Virus record (IMG/VR): IMGVR_UViG_3300047160_009474 | Location: 1 to 53,362 of that record | Direction: 5' to 3' (one strand) | Length of the DNA: 53,362 nt | From: a virus | Shown here: positions 13,689 through 23,300 of the stretch, one piece after another | Layout of the letters: each line of letters opens with the position of its first letter | How positions within the stretch are numbered: position 1 is the stretch's first letter | Notes under the pieces: model-generated | Databases searched by the model: none | What the model saw: the letters and a program-made list of their open reading frames with translations, nothing else | What the model was told of the DNA's origin: nothing | Program-made: the position numbers and the translations under genes

Positions 13689-14473
13689 GCGAAGCAGTTG
13701 AACTAGTGAAAGAGGAAAAGCCTGCGCTGCCCCAGCAGCCCGATGACCTGTTGCGGCTGGCGGTTGAACGTGGAGCCAGCGTCGACACCATCGAGCGGCT
13801 CATGGTGGTGCGCCGGGAGTTAAATGCCGAAAGAGCCAAGGCCGAATACGATGAGGCACTCTCAGCCTTTCAGGAGGAATGCCCCATCATCAACAAGACT
13901 AAATCTGGTGCCAGGGATGCGTATCGCTATGCCCCGCTCGACTCCATTGTCGCCCAGGTCAAACACCTGATCCGCAAACACGGTTTCTCCTACAAGGCCA
14001 ACGCACCGACCATTCCCAAACCCAACTGGGTCAAGGCAACCATCACCGTGACGCATAAAGCGGGTCACTCGGAGACTTCCGAATTCGAAGTACCGGTCGA
14101 TGACAAGAATCCACTGATGACCGGCCCCCAGCGTTTTGGAGCTTCCCTGACCTTCGCCAAACGCTATGTCTTCTGCAACGCATTCGGGATTTTAACGCAA
14201 GACGAGGACATGGACGGTGCCACTAACCGCCCCAAACCCAAAGGCCCCTCCACGGTCGCGCCCGATGAGCCCACCAAGAAAGAGTTGGCCAGTCAACTCT
14301 GGAAAGTTTTAAAGACCGTCCGGGGCACCGAGGCCAATTGGAATGCCGCCAACCAGTGGCTCTGGCGCGAGGAAATTCTGGATGCGGCGGTGCCGGAAGC
14401 TGCGCCCAACCTTTCCAATGCCCGGTTCAAGGAAGTCATCACCAAAGCCAAAGAGATTCTATGTCCTTCTTAA
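13685..14473 (+). CDS. erf: ERF-family single-strand annealing protein (262 aa)
   Basis: ...YRYAPLDSIVAQVKHLIRKHGFSY...HKAGHSE...GPQRFGASLTFAKRYVFCNAFGILTQDEDMDG matches the ERF signature as I remember it. Confidence 0.7.
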   Translation: MSEAVELVKEEKPALPQQPDDLLRLAVERGASVDTIERLMVVRRELNAERAKAEYDEALSAFQEECPIINKTKSGARDAYRYAPLDSIVAQVKHLIRKHGFSYKANAPTIPKPNWVKATITVTHKAGHSETSEFEVPVDDKNPLMTGPQRFGASLTFAKRYVFCNAFGILTQDEDMDGATNRPKPKGPSTVAPDEPTKKELASQLWKVLKTVRGTEANWNAANQWLWREEILDAAVPEAAPNLSNARFKEVITKAKEILCPS

Positions 14474-15483
14474 ACTGCACTGCCAGACTGGGGGTCAAGA
14501 CCGACCCTCGCCTCTACCATGCCGCCAAAGGCGAACGAGGCAACCCGGACTACATCATGTCCCCCTCCCAAATCATCAACTTCGACCGGCTGCCCTCACG
14601 CTGGCTCAAGGGATGGAACCCTCCAGCCGCCAGGGCGATGCGCTGGGGCAACATCATCGATACCCTGGCTCTGACACCCGAGATCTTCATGGAGCGGTAC
14701 GTGGTGCGGCCCGAAAGCTACCCGGCCAAAGACGGCAAGACCAAGAAGTGGAATGGCAACTCCACCTGGTGCCAGACCTGGATGGCTGAACACGCACTCA
14801 ATGGGGTGGGGATTCTGACCTGCCAGGAAAGTATTGCCGCCGCCGCTGCCGTCATGGAGATAGTCATCCCCAAGAATGGCGATGACACCATCCGCCGGTG
14901 GTTTGATGCCTCCGACAAGCAAGTGATGGTCGCAGGCGAGTGGAAAGATGAAGACACCGGGCTCACCATTCCCATCTCGGCACTGCTGGATTTTGTTCCC
15001 AAGGCCGACAGTGAGTTTCCCTCCTGTCTAGGGGACTTAAAAACCGTGGCGAGTGGGGAGCCTCAGATGTTTGCCCGCAAGGCTTTCAGGTTTGGCTATC
15101 ACATTCAGGCAGCCTTCGACCTGGATATCTTCAACGCCGCGACCGGCCAGAAACGGGATACCTGGTGCTTCATCCTGAGTGAAAGTTTCGAGCCCTGGGA
15201 AAGCACTCGCGCCATGTTTGGCATGGAAGGCGAACAAGGCAACCCGGGGTTCATTGAACTGGGCCGGGACGCTTACAAACGGATCCTGGCCACTTACTGT
15301 CGGTGCCTGGCGACCGGCAAATGGCCCGGCTACAACCAAACCGATGAAGCCGTGCAAGGCTGGTGCATCCTGAGGCCTGAGCCATTCATGGCGCAGAAGG
15401 CATTGTTCGCACCCAGGTACGAAATCGAAGACGAAGACATCGAGCAAGAGGACTTAGAACCTGACGATGTCCCGACACCGTGA
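14461..15483 (+). CDS. PD-(D/E)xK recombination exonuclease (YqaJ/Cas4-like fold), 340 aa
   Basis: ATG at 14461 (the track start at 14338 lies inside erf). Motif CLGDLKTV (D..ExK-type). Adjacent to the annealase. Confidence 0.55.
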   Translation: MSFLNCTARLGVKTDPRLYHAAKGERGNPDYIMSPSQIINFDRLPSRWLKGWNPPAARAMRWGNIIDTLALTPEIFMERYVVRPESYPAKDGKTKKWNGNSTWCQTWMAEHALNGVGILTCQESIAAAAAVMEIVIPKNGDDTIRRWFDASDKQVMVAGEWKDEDTGLTIPISALLDFVPKADSEFPSCLGDLKTVASGEPQMFARKAFRFGYHIQAAFDLDIFNAATGQKRDTWCFILSESFEPWESTRAMFGMEGEQGNPGFIELGRDAYKRILATYCRCLATGKWPGYNQTDEAVQGWCILRPEPFMAQKALFAPRYEIEDEDIEQEDLEPDDVPTP

Positions 15484-15495
15484 ACAAGGAACCAT

Positions 15496-15759
15496 ATGCC
15501 TCACTTAGACATACGCATCTGCGATAAGGACCAGACAGGTCCCGCATTCCCGGAACCGGAATATAACGACATCCCGGAAGGTAAACTGCTGGCTGCTGCG
15601 GTGCTGGAGGATGGCATGTCCAGCGGCAAGACCTCGGTCGGGTTCATCATTGAGGCTGCAAGCGGCAAGGTCCTGGTGCAGACCAGTGCCGCCATTCTTG
15701 ATGGACTCACGGCTGCCATACGTGGAGCCGAGCAGAGGTGGAGGGAGAGAGGAAATTGA
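15496..15759 (+). CDS. Hypothetical protein (87 aa)
   Basis: ATG-initiated ORF of ordinary composition. Confidence 0.5.
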   Translation: MPHLDIRICDKDQTGPAFPEPEYNDIPEGKLLAAAVLEDGMSSGKTSVGFIIEAASGKVLVQTSAAILDGLTAAIRGAEQRWRERGN

Positions 15760-15992
15760 ACCAGCACCCGTGATGTATGTCCTTGGTCACGGTGAACAAA
15801 ATCAAGGCCCATGCTTCCCTCGGGTAGGGACTCCGCAAGAGTGCGGGGCCGGTCAGGAAAACCGAGGTTAAATAAGCGACCGGGGGTTCCCTCCTACACT
15901 GCCTCCTAGGCGGACTCGGCTTAGGGGGGGTAGGGGGGTTCTGCCTGAGACAGACTTTGATGAGGAAGAGAAGAAATGTTGAGAGTTCGATT

Positions 15993-16226
15993 ATGAAACC
16001 CGGTGACGCTCATTACATGCAGGCAGCCGCTGAAGTGGTGGACGAGATGATCCCGGACGGGCACGGGTTTATTCTCTTCGTTGCCCCCTACCGCAGCAAA
16101 GAGGACGGCAGCAAAGGGACCTGCCGCTACGTCTCGACCATAAAGCGCGAGTCGGTGGTGAATCTTCTCAAGGAGTGGCTGATCAAATCCTCAGGCGAGG
16201 AGGAATGGATGAGGCACATCAAATGA
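15993..16226 (+). CDS. Hypothetical protein (77 aa)
   Basis: Trimmed to MKPGDAHYMQAAAEVVDEMIPDGHGFILFVAPY.... Its stop overlaps the next ATG. Confidence 0.5.
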   Translation: MKPGDAHYMQAAAEVVDEMIPDGHGFILFVAPYRSKEDGSKGTCRYVSTIKRESVVNLLKEWLIKSSGEEEWMRHIK

Positions 16227-16621
16227 CACCCCAGGAAGTTAAGAATCTGAACCGCTGTTACGAGGCCTTAACCGGATACAAGGTGTCACTAAACATGGGC
16301 ACCGAGTACACCTGGTGTGTCTGGTGCAACTATCCCGATGCGGGCAGATTCGGCCTGGAGGAGCTGGCCACGGTGGTGAGGTATCTGAAGGCCAACCAGA
16401 AGCCCAAAGGCCCTTACACCCCCAATTCCATGCGATTCTCAAGGCTTATCGGGCAGCCTGACCTGTTTGAAGAATTGCTCTCCTTAGCAAAGCTGGAGCG
16501 CAAGGCAGCCCGGCGCGAGAGCCCCGTCCAGAAACCAGACAAGCCCTTGAGCCAGGAGACACAAAAGGAACGGACCAAGCTTGGCAACATGCTGGGGGAT
16601 TGGAGCAAGAAGAACCTATGA
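16223..16621 (+). CDS. Hypothetical protein (132 aa)
   Basis: ATGA-coupled ATG at 16223 (MTPQEVKNLNRCYEALTGYKV...). Confidence 0.55.
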   Translation: MTPQEVKNLNRCYEALTGYKVSLNMGTEYTWCVWCNYPDAGRFGLEELATVVRYLKANQKPKGPYTPNSMRFSRLIGQPDLFEELLSLAKLERKAARRESPVQKPDKPLSQETQKERTKLGNMLGDWSKKNL

Positions 16622-16926
16622 AGTGCAAGTATGGAGGCCGGTGGGGCGATTACCTGATTTACTGGAAGGGCGAGTGCAAGATCATGCTCAGTGGTCCGCT
16701 GGAACGGGAGAAGCAAGGCTGGCATTTCTCCATCTCGCATCCGACCCGTTACCCGACCTGGGAGGAGATGCGGAATGTTCGCTACGAACTTATTCCCGAT
16801 GACCTTTACATGGTGATGATTCTGCCCCCCAAGAGGGAGTATGTAAACCTTCACCCCAATTGCTTTCACTGGTATGAAGCCGGGCCAAAGTTCTTCGACC
16901 AAATCAGCGGCAGGCCCAAACCATGA
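16618..16926 (+). CDS. Hypothetical protein (102 aa)
   Basis: ATGA-coupled ATG at 16618 (MKCKYGGRWGDYLIYWKGECK...). Confidence 0.55.
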   Translation: MKCKYGGRWGDYLIYWKGECKIMLSGPLEREKQGWHFSISHPTRYPTWEEMRNVRYELIPDDLYMVMILPPKREYVNLHPNCFHWYEAGPKFFDQISGRPKP

Positions 16927-17282
16927 ATGAACAAGAGCTCAAAGCCTCCATCAAAAGCAAGAGCACCCAGGCCCTCAACCCGCATCTCTTTAGTGATCCG
17001 GGTCCCGTGGGTGGGCCGTTCCCTGAACGAGCAATTGACTCACTGGAAGAGCCGATACTTGAACTCAAAAAGCGCAACCGCTGCCTGGTCGAGGTGTGTC
17101 TCATCGCTCTGCGAAAAGGAGAACTCGATGATGACAACCTTGTGGGAAGCTTTAAACCACTTCGAGACCTCATCGCCGCCCAGCTCGGGGTCGACGACGG
17201 GGACAAGCGAATCCGCTGGCGATACGGCCAGTGTCAAACCCGGGGCAGACCCGAAACCCTAGTGAGAATGGAACTGTTATGA
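16923..17282 (+). CDS. rusA: RusA-like Holliday-junction resolvase (119 aa)
   Basis: ELDDDNLVGSFKPLRDLIAAQLGVDDGDKRI parallels the RusA D-x-DN-L-x-K...D-x-L...DD motif. ATGA-coupled. Confidence 0.55.
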   Translation: MNEQELKASIKSKSTQALNPHLFSDPGPVGGPFPERAIDSLEEPILELKKRNRCLVEVCLIALRKGELDDDNLVGSFKPLRDLIAAQLGVDDGDKRIRWRYGQCQTRGRPETLVRMELL

Positions 17283-17479
17283 CGGTGATGATCATAGCCG
17301 CCCGTTCAGTGGTTGACCAGCACACGGACATCTACTTCCTGGACCCCAAAGACATCGTCTCGATTCAGTCGACCCTCGACAAGATCGTCGTCTTTTTGTT
17401 TAACGGAAAGGAACTGCACACCCAAAAACCCATCCGATTTGTTGAGAAATATGGGGTGGACACGATTGTGCCACATTAG
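17279..17479 (+). CDS. Small hypothetical protein (66 aa), weakly LytTR-like
   Basis: ATGA-coupled ATG at 17279. DIYFLDPKDIVSIQSTLDKIVVFLFNGKELHTQKPI. Confidence 0.45.
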   Translation: MTVMIIAARSVVDQHTDIYFLDPKDIVSIQSTLDKIVVFLFNGKELHTQKPIRFVEKYGVDTIVPH

Positions 17480-17485
17480 TATAGT
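17457..17485 (+). promoter_or_regulatory. Sigma70-like promoter TGGACA-17-TATAGT with operator ATTGTGCCACATT in the spacer
   Basis: Operator at 17465-17477 is identical to 3325-3337. It overlaps the stop of 17279..17479 and lies upstream of 17547. Confidence 0.55.
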
Positions 17486-17546
17486 GTCGAGTAACGGGGC
17501 GAGTCACCTCGCAAGGGACCAAAACACGAAACCAAAAGGTTAACAA

Positions 17547-18218
17547 ATGACAATGGCACTAACAGACCTCGGTGAGCGCAAGAAGCTCATCCTGGACATC
17601 ATCAGCAAACTCAAGCAAAGCCCGGATGGCAGGCTCGATTGGAAAACCTACTTCGATGCCCACCCCGCGCATAGTGAACAGTTGGGCTACCCAGGCACCA
17701 AAGGGACTGCGACGTTCAAAATCTGGGCAGCCAATAACGTGATGGCTCGCTACATGTTTCGCAACGGCAACGGCAACAGTTCTCGGGTCTCTTCGGCGGT
17801 GAAGAAGGCCCTGGCACCCTACAAGGTTCAGGTCGCGAAGCCTCGCCGCAAAAAGAGTGTTAAGTGGACCAAGGCGGATTACAAGCTGGCTGCGGCCATC
17901 GCCGAGGTTTATTCCGAGCCCAACACCAAGGGTCAGCGTGAGATTAAATGGGAGCGGGCGTTTGTAGCACACCCCGAATGGAAGGAGCAGCTTTCGAAGG
18001 GGTCGGAGAAATCCATGCTATCATTTTTGTCCCGGGTGCGGAGGAAACTGCAAGAAGGGACGCTGGTTCCTGAAACTGCTGCGACATCACTGCCCAATGG
18101 CACACCGGCGGCACCACCGCCACCCCCACCTCCGCAGATTCATTTCTGTCCGGGCTGTGGACTCAATCTCCTGATGTTCTCCAAAGCATTCTCCATCGCA
18201 ATGAAACACTCAGCATAA
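17547..18218 (+). CDS. Hypothetical protein (223 aa) with a poly-Pro tract and a C-terminal CxxC
   Basis: ATG start; PPPPPPPQIHFCPGCG near the C-terminus. Confidence 0.6.
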   Translation: MTMALTDLGERKKLILDIISKLKQSPDGRLDWKTYFDAHPAHSEQLGYPGTKGTATFKIWAANNVMARYMFRNGNGNSSRVSSAVKKALAPYKVQVAKPRRKKSVKWTKADYKLAAAIAEVYSEPNTKGQREIKWERAFVAHPEWKEQLSKGSEKSMLSFLSRVRRKLQEGTLVPETAATSLPNGTPAAPPPPPPPQIHFCPGCGLNLLMFSKAFSIAMKHSA

Positions 18219-18227
18219 AAAAGCAGC

Positions 18228-18575
18228 ATGAAACAAGTCGTTAAAAAAATACCACGGCACTTGGTGACCTTCCAAGATGCGGCAGACATCGAGACCATCT
18301 GTCTGGCCGAGTTGGGTTTGAGCACCCGGTGTATTCAAGACTCGACCGGCCTCTCGCCTAACCAGATCAGCTATCGCTTGTTCAAAGCCAAGAAAGCGGA
18401 AGGCTATGAGAGTGGGCATACCTATCGCAGTGAGTGGCGCAACGGCACCGGCCAGGCGGTGCGGGCGGTGATGAACTCACTGGTCCCCTCGCTCCGCAAA
18501 GATGCGAAGTCTCGTTTGCCAGAACTCTTCGAACATCCGACACCCGAAATCTCGCCCAACGGGAAACGGGAATGA
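18228..18575 (+). CDS. HTH protein (115 aa), possibly a sigma-region-4-like or late regulator
   Basis: ICLAELGLSTRCIQDSTGLSPNQISYRL resembles an HTH. It is the last regulator-like gene before the late genes. Confidence 0.45.
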   Translation: MKQVVKKIPRHLVTFQDAADIETICLAELGLSTRCIQDSTGLSPNQISYRLFKAKKAEGYESGHTYRSEWRNGTGQAVRAVMNSLVPSLRKDAKSRLPELFEHPTPEISPNGKRE

Positions 18576-18829
18576 AGGAGCAGTTCCTCGTTGAGTGGGT
18601 GGACAGTGGCCATGAGCCGCAGCAGGTGCCCGACCTGCGTTACCCCGATGGCATCCACCTGGATGTCTCGAAGGGAGCGCAGTCCTGCCAGGCTTTCCTG
18701 CCCTACCCGGCCAGACGATGCGGTTTCTTCTACGTGGAATGCAAGAAATGCGGAGTTAACGCAGTTGTAAGCACAGCAGGCCGGATCGACGACCCACGTT
18801 CCATCAGACTGCCCTGCAAGAAAGATTAG
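18572..18829 (+). CDS. Small Cys-containing hypothetical protein (85 aa)
   Basis: ATGA-coupled ATG at 18572 (MKEQFLVEWVDSGHEPQQ...). The track ORF from 18434 is an upstream extension. Confidence 0.5.
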   Translation: MKEQFLVEWVDSGHEPQQVPDLRYPDGIHLDVSKGAQSCQAFLPYPARRCGFFYVECKKCGVNAVVSTAGRIDDPRSIRLPCKKD

Positions 18830-18848
18830 CCGCATCCCCCACTGCGGC

Positions 18849-18891
18849 CAGCCCCGGACTCTAACCCACACTGGAGCCGGGGCTGTTTCGT
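18849..18891 (+). terminator. Putative intrinsic terminator closing the middle operon
   Basis: CAGCCCCGG (18849-18857) pairs with CCGGGGCTG (18877-18885), followed by TTTCGT (a weak U-tract). Confidence 0.4.
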
Positions 18892-18944
18892 CACTGGGTG
18901 TGATTGCGTGACGGCTCCAGCTCTGCGCCATATCCTGGCTGACT

Positions 18945-20213
18945 GTGAAACTCTTCCTGCCTTTACTCTTCTCGGGCAGCCTGTTTGCCCAAACCCAAAT
19001 CTGGATTGCTCCTGGCCCCACTCATGCCGGTAGCGGCACACTCACCGGCGGGGGCACCGCCTCTAACCCCTTCAGCGGCGACTTCGATTTAATCCTGTCC
19101 AATGCGCCCGACCATGCCGAGCTACGCCTTTTGTCTGGCGTGTTCTGGACCCAGGCCACCAGCAACCTCAAGGAAGGACAACGACTGCTGGGTTGCGGGA
19201 AGGATATCACCATCGTCCGCCGGGACCCGGCCTTCAACGGTGCCGTCAACCTGTCCACCATGGCCAACAACGTCGAGGTCTCTGACCTGACCGCCGACTG
19301 CAACGCCACCGGCTCGGAACCTTACGCCATTGCCGGGGTCCACACGGGCGGGAACCATGAGACCGTGCGCCGTGTCAAAGTGATCAACCCCTCGGGCAGC
19401 GGGGCCACCGGCAGTGAATGCTTCGCCATTTTCATTAACGACCTGTCCGCTAACAAAGCCAACAAAGCCTACTCAGGCAATCTCGTCACCGAATGCGAAG
19501 TCGCCCAGGTCAAAGGCGATTACGTTTGCGGCGTGGCCCTGCTCTCCCAGGGAGTGGTGGAAAAGTGCCGAGTGGAATTGCCGCCTTACACCGGCACCAA
19601 TGGCTATCCCATGTTCAACGCCTACCAGGCCACCGAATCCGTTAACGCCACCTTTATGAACAACCTGGCCATCGGCGGCTATATCAGCCTCTATTCGGAT
19701 TCCTTCTGGGAAACCAACCTGACCATTGCCTACAACCAGTTCCTCGGGGCCAGCCAGGGAATCAATATCACCAAGGCCTCGACCGGCATTGACGGGGTCA
19801 CGGTCGTCGGCAACGTGGTCGAATTGAGTCCGCTCGCAACCGCCAGTTCGCCGGGAGCGGCGATACGACTATGGGGCGGGGCCGGGATGAAGAATGCCAC
19901 CGTGAGCGGGAACCTGCTGCGTAACCCAGGCCAGAGCCCCATGGACGGGATCACCTTCAGGGTTTACTCCAACCTCGCCAACCTGAAGATCATTTACAAC
20001 ACCCTGGACACCAACCTCACCATTACCACCGGCACACCCAACTGCGTCTTTACCGGGAACACCGACACCTCGGGCAACCTGCTCACTTACTCGTCTCTGC
20101 CGCTGAACTCTGCGCTAGCTTGGCCCGGTAGTCGGTATACGAACCGGACAGAAACGCCAGAAGTTGCGTGGCCGCGCCGACCGCACAACCCGAAATGGCA
20201 ATTACCCAGGTAA
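18945..20213 (+). CDS. Secreted right-handed beta-helix (pectate-lyase-like) protein, 422 aa; tailspike or depolymerase, or a lysogenic-conversion enzyme
   Basis: GTG start. Signal-like MKLFLPLLFSGSLFAQT. Repetitive N/G/T-rich beta-helix-type sequence. It is a stand-alone gene behind a terminator. Confidence 0.55.
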   Translation: MKLFLPLLFSGSLFAQTQIWIAPGPTHAGSGTLTGGGTASNPFSGDFDLILSNAPDHAELRLLSGVFWTQATSNLKEGQRLLGCGKDITIVRRDPAFNGAVNLSTMANNVEVSDLTADCNATGSEPYAIAGVHTGGNHETVRRVKVINPSGSGATGSECFAIFINDLSANKANKAYSGNLVTECEVAQVKGDYVCGVALLSQGVVEKCRVELPPYTGTNGYPMFNAYQATESVNATFMNNLAIGGYISLYSDSFWETNLTIAYNQFLGASQGINITKASTGIDGVTVVGNVVELSPLATASSPGAAIRLWGGAGMKNATVSGNLLRNPGQSPMDGITFRVYSNLANLKIIYNTLDTNLTITTGTPNCVFTGNTDTSGNLLTYSSLPLNSALAWPGSRYTNRTETPEVAWPRRPHNPKWQLPR

Positions 20214-20334
20214 CCTTAGTGGGCCAGACCCCGTCATGCGCGTACTGCTGCAACGCTTCCGCCAATGGGGTCAGTGCGCCAATGGTCACGTAGCACAAAG
20301 CCTTCAGGACAACCACCAGGGTGTCGTGTTTCAT
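20083..20334 (-). CDS. Small membrane protein with two hydrophobic helices (83 aa), holin-like
   Basis: Its ATG overlaps the stop of the fibre gene (ATGA at 20331-20334). Hydrophobic stretches LVVVLKALCYVTIGAL and VTWVIAISGCAVGAATQLLAFL. Confidence 0.55.
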   Translation of the reverse strand: MKHDTLVVVLKALCYVTIGALTPLAEALQQYAHDGVWPTKVTWVIAISGCAVGAATQLLAFLSGSYTDYRAKLAQSSAAETSK

Positions 20335-23300
20335 GGTCCGATAGCTAGGGCTTTCCAAGTTCCATTAGTTCTCATGTAGGCATTGCCACTTCCAGCTTGA
20401 AGTATGAGCAAGCTGCCATTAGCTGCAGAATTATTGGTAACAAAGTACAGTCCTGGTCCAGTATTTGTGGCAATAACTGAAGCGGTTCCAGCACCGCCAA
20501 GGATTAACTGTGAGTTTTGAAGAGATGCTACTTGAGTGCCGCCTGCGTTCAGCCAATCCCACTCATTGCCTATCGAGGTAAAGTAGAAATGATTACCAAA
20601 GCCGAATATTTCGTGGTATTTGGTCTTGTCAACATCCCCGCCTAATAGAAAAGGCTGGAGGCTTCCACCGATCCCCGTAAAAGTCATCTGCGAAGCATTC
20701 CCAATGGTAAGCGTTGCCCCACCGGAAACATTGGTGCAAAGAAGTGTAGCGGCTGTGTTTCCCCAGTCATCATAAGCACATCCGGCACTCGCAAAACCAC
20801 CGTTGTTGAAAACCGCATAATAGTGGTTTCCATCACCCAGGTCTGCGCTGGCCAGCAAAACCCCGCCAGTCACACGAAAAGAGCCGTTGTTGGTACAGAA
20901 GAATGTTGGCTGCCCACCGAGATCACAGTCCCCACCAATCATGTTGAATCTGGTGTTGTCCAGGTAGATGGGATAAAACCCAGACCGATTGATCAATCCC
21001 TGCCCTTCCAGATGGCAGTTGATAGCGGTTATCCTGCAGCCCCTGAAATAAGTTAAATGATGGTTGGTGTTCCCGGCACCACCCAAGTCCAGGTCATAAA
21101 GCGACCACTCACCAGCACTGCCGTAAAGGCCATCAATCAGTAAATGGGTCCCATAACAATTTGCCCGATATTCTGAAATCTTGCACCCCTGTTGGGTCGT
21201 CGAGTTGCCGGAAGCCCACGAACCTACAACGATCCCGTTGGTGCAATTATTTACGTGCAGGCCATAAAGGGCCGTGTCGTTGATATTGGTGAAAGCAAAG
21301 CCATTATCAAATCCGCCTGCCCCGCAATTGTTAACGTTAAAAGTCTGAAAGTTGGAGTTGGTGCATACGAACACGAACCCGTTTTGGCCAGCAGTTATTT
21401 TACCCGCACCATTAAAAAACGCGTTGCTGCTGGCTACCGTAATTCCTTCGATTACAGAACCAGCCGGGAAGATATTGGTTAAATTGCAAGTGAGTGCAGG
21501 GTTGGCACTGGAAACGAAAGTTGGAAGCTGGGCACCACCGAAGACCCCGCCCCAGGTCTTGCCATGGCTGTAGATATTGAACCGGTTGGTCAGGTTCAGT
21601 GTTCCGGTCATCTTATAATAAAGCCTGGGATTATATTGAGACTGGACATTGAAACCTTTGAGGATTAACGCCTCTGCCTTTGCCTCGCAGGTGTTGCAGG
21701 GAACAGTGTCGTCGGCAACCCCGTCCCCTTTCGCGCCGAACATTTCCGGTGTTAAAATCTGCTGGTCATTACTATAAGCCATCCAAAGATTAGTTAGTCC
21801 GGTTGCACTACCATTAATATTCCAGCCAAAATTAACCTGCCCAGTATTGGTTACGACCACGGGTGCTGGATAGATGTTGTATTTAAAGTTGAGAAATTTA
21901 AACGTCTCATCCACATCTGCTGCACTTTGCGGGTATTTATCACTGGTGTAGGTGTCAGCAATGTAGCCCTGAAAATAATTATACGGTGATGCCAGATTCT
22001 GGTCGTTATCCGCACCGATGATATTTGTGAAATTGCCAAAAGTGCCAAAGGAATTAATGCCATTGGTATCCTGTTTGCCGTTCACGTAAATCGAGAAATT
22101 GCCGGTGAGATTACTGTATGTTGCCATCACGGCATACCAGGTGTTGGTGTTGAATATGGTCTGTGAATTGCCAAATGTTGCGTGTCCTGCGAACAGAAGC
22201 TCCAGCTGAGACGAGGGATTAAGTCGAAGACCAACACCACCCGACCCCTGTGTTCCCAGGATGGTTCGATAAACAGGAGAGTTATTGGTGCAGTTAAATA
22301 CTGCGATCACTGTTCCCTGAGATTGTCCGGTATACACACCGGACTGGAGATATTGGTTGGTTCCAAAATTGGCAACATTATGGCCATTCAATCCCGAGAT
22401 GATGAAGGTGGGTGCTTTAGGTCCGCCATTAGTAGCTGGGTATAGACCGAGAATGGATTCGGGCCAGTTAACTATTGTGGAGCCATTCACAGTGTTGGTG
22501 ATCGTATCCGAATCAAACCAGTTCCGGTTGATGCCTCCTAAATTAATAATGCCGAACGTGGATGATTTCTGGATCAAACCATTGGTAACACTGTTGATCG
22601 TGTATGGGGCATTCTGAACCGTGGAGGGAGTGTTGATGTTCGTAGTGACACCGGAAGTAATCACGCCGCCGCTGGTAACGAGGCCATATTTATTCTGGAA
22701 GTATGTCGTTATGGAGGCCACGTCACCATCCGATAAGGTAAAACTGGAGAGCCCGATGTCTGCCATCTGACCACTAAACTGTTCCTGAAGCGTTCCCGCA
22801 CATTTGTTTGCGCCTATCAGCATCGGAACAGGGGTGAAAGAGGGGTTTAAAATTGAAACCAGATTTGTAACCAACGCTCCATTTAACCACAACTTGGAAG
22901 TTCCATCATTGGCATAGGTGGCCACAATAATATACCATGGCCCATTTGCTATGGGAGATGGGCTGATAGCAAGAGAGCCGCCGCAAGGATAAAAGAATTC
23001 AACCAATCCTCCAGGTGTTAATCTAAGAGAAGGGCCTGGATTATTACCTGATGTTCCAGCGGGGGCAAAAAAGTCCTGAAAAGATGGAACCCCAGCGGAT
23101 TTAATTACCGCAAACACAGACGCAGGTTTAAAATAATCCTTGGCAAGTGATTGTAAGAACTGTGAGCCATTAAAGTTAACAACTGGATGACCATTTAACT
23201 GGTTCGTTACATATGTGGGAGCAGTTGCTCCAGCATTGGTGGCTGCTAAAGTTCCACCAAAAACAGACTCGGGCCATCTGACAATCGTTGAGTTATTTAC

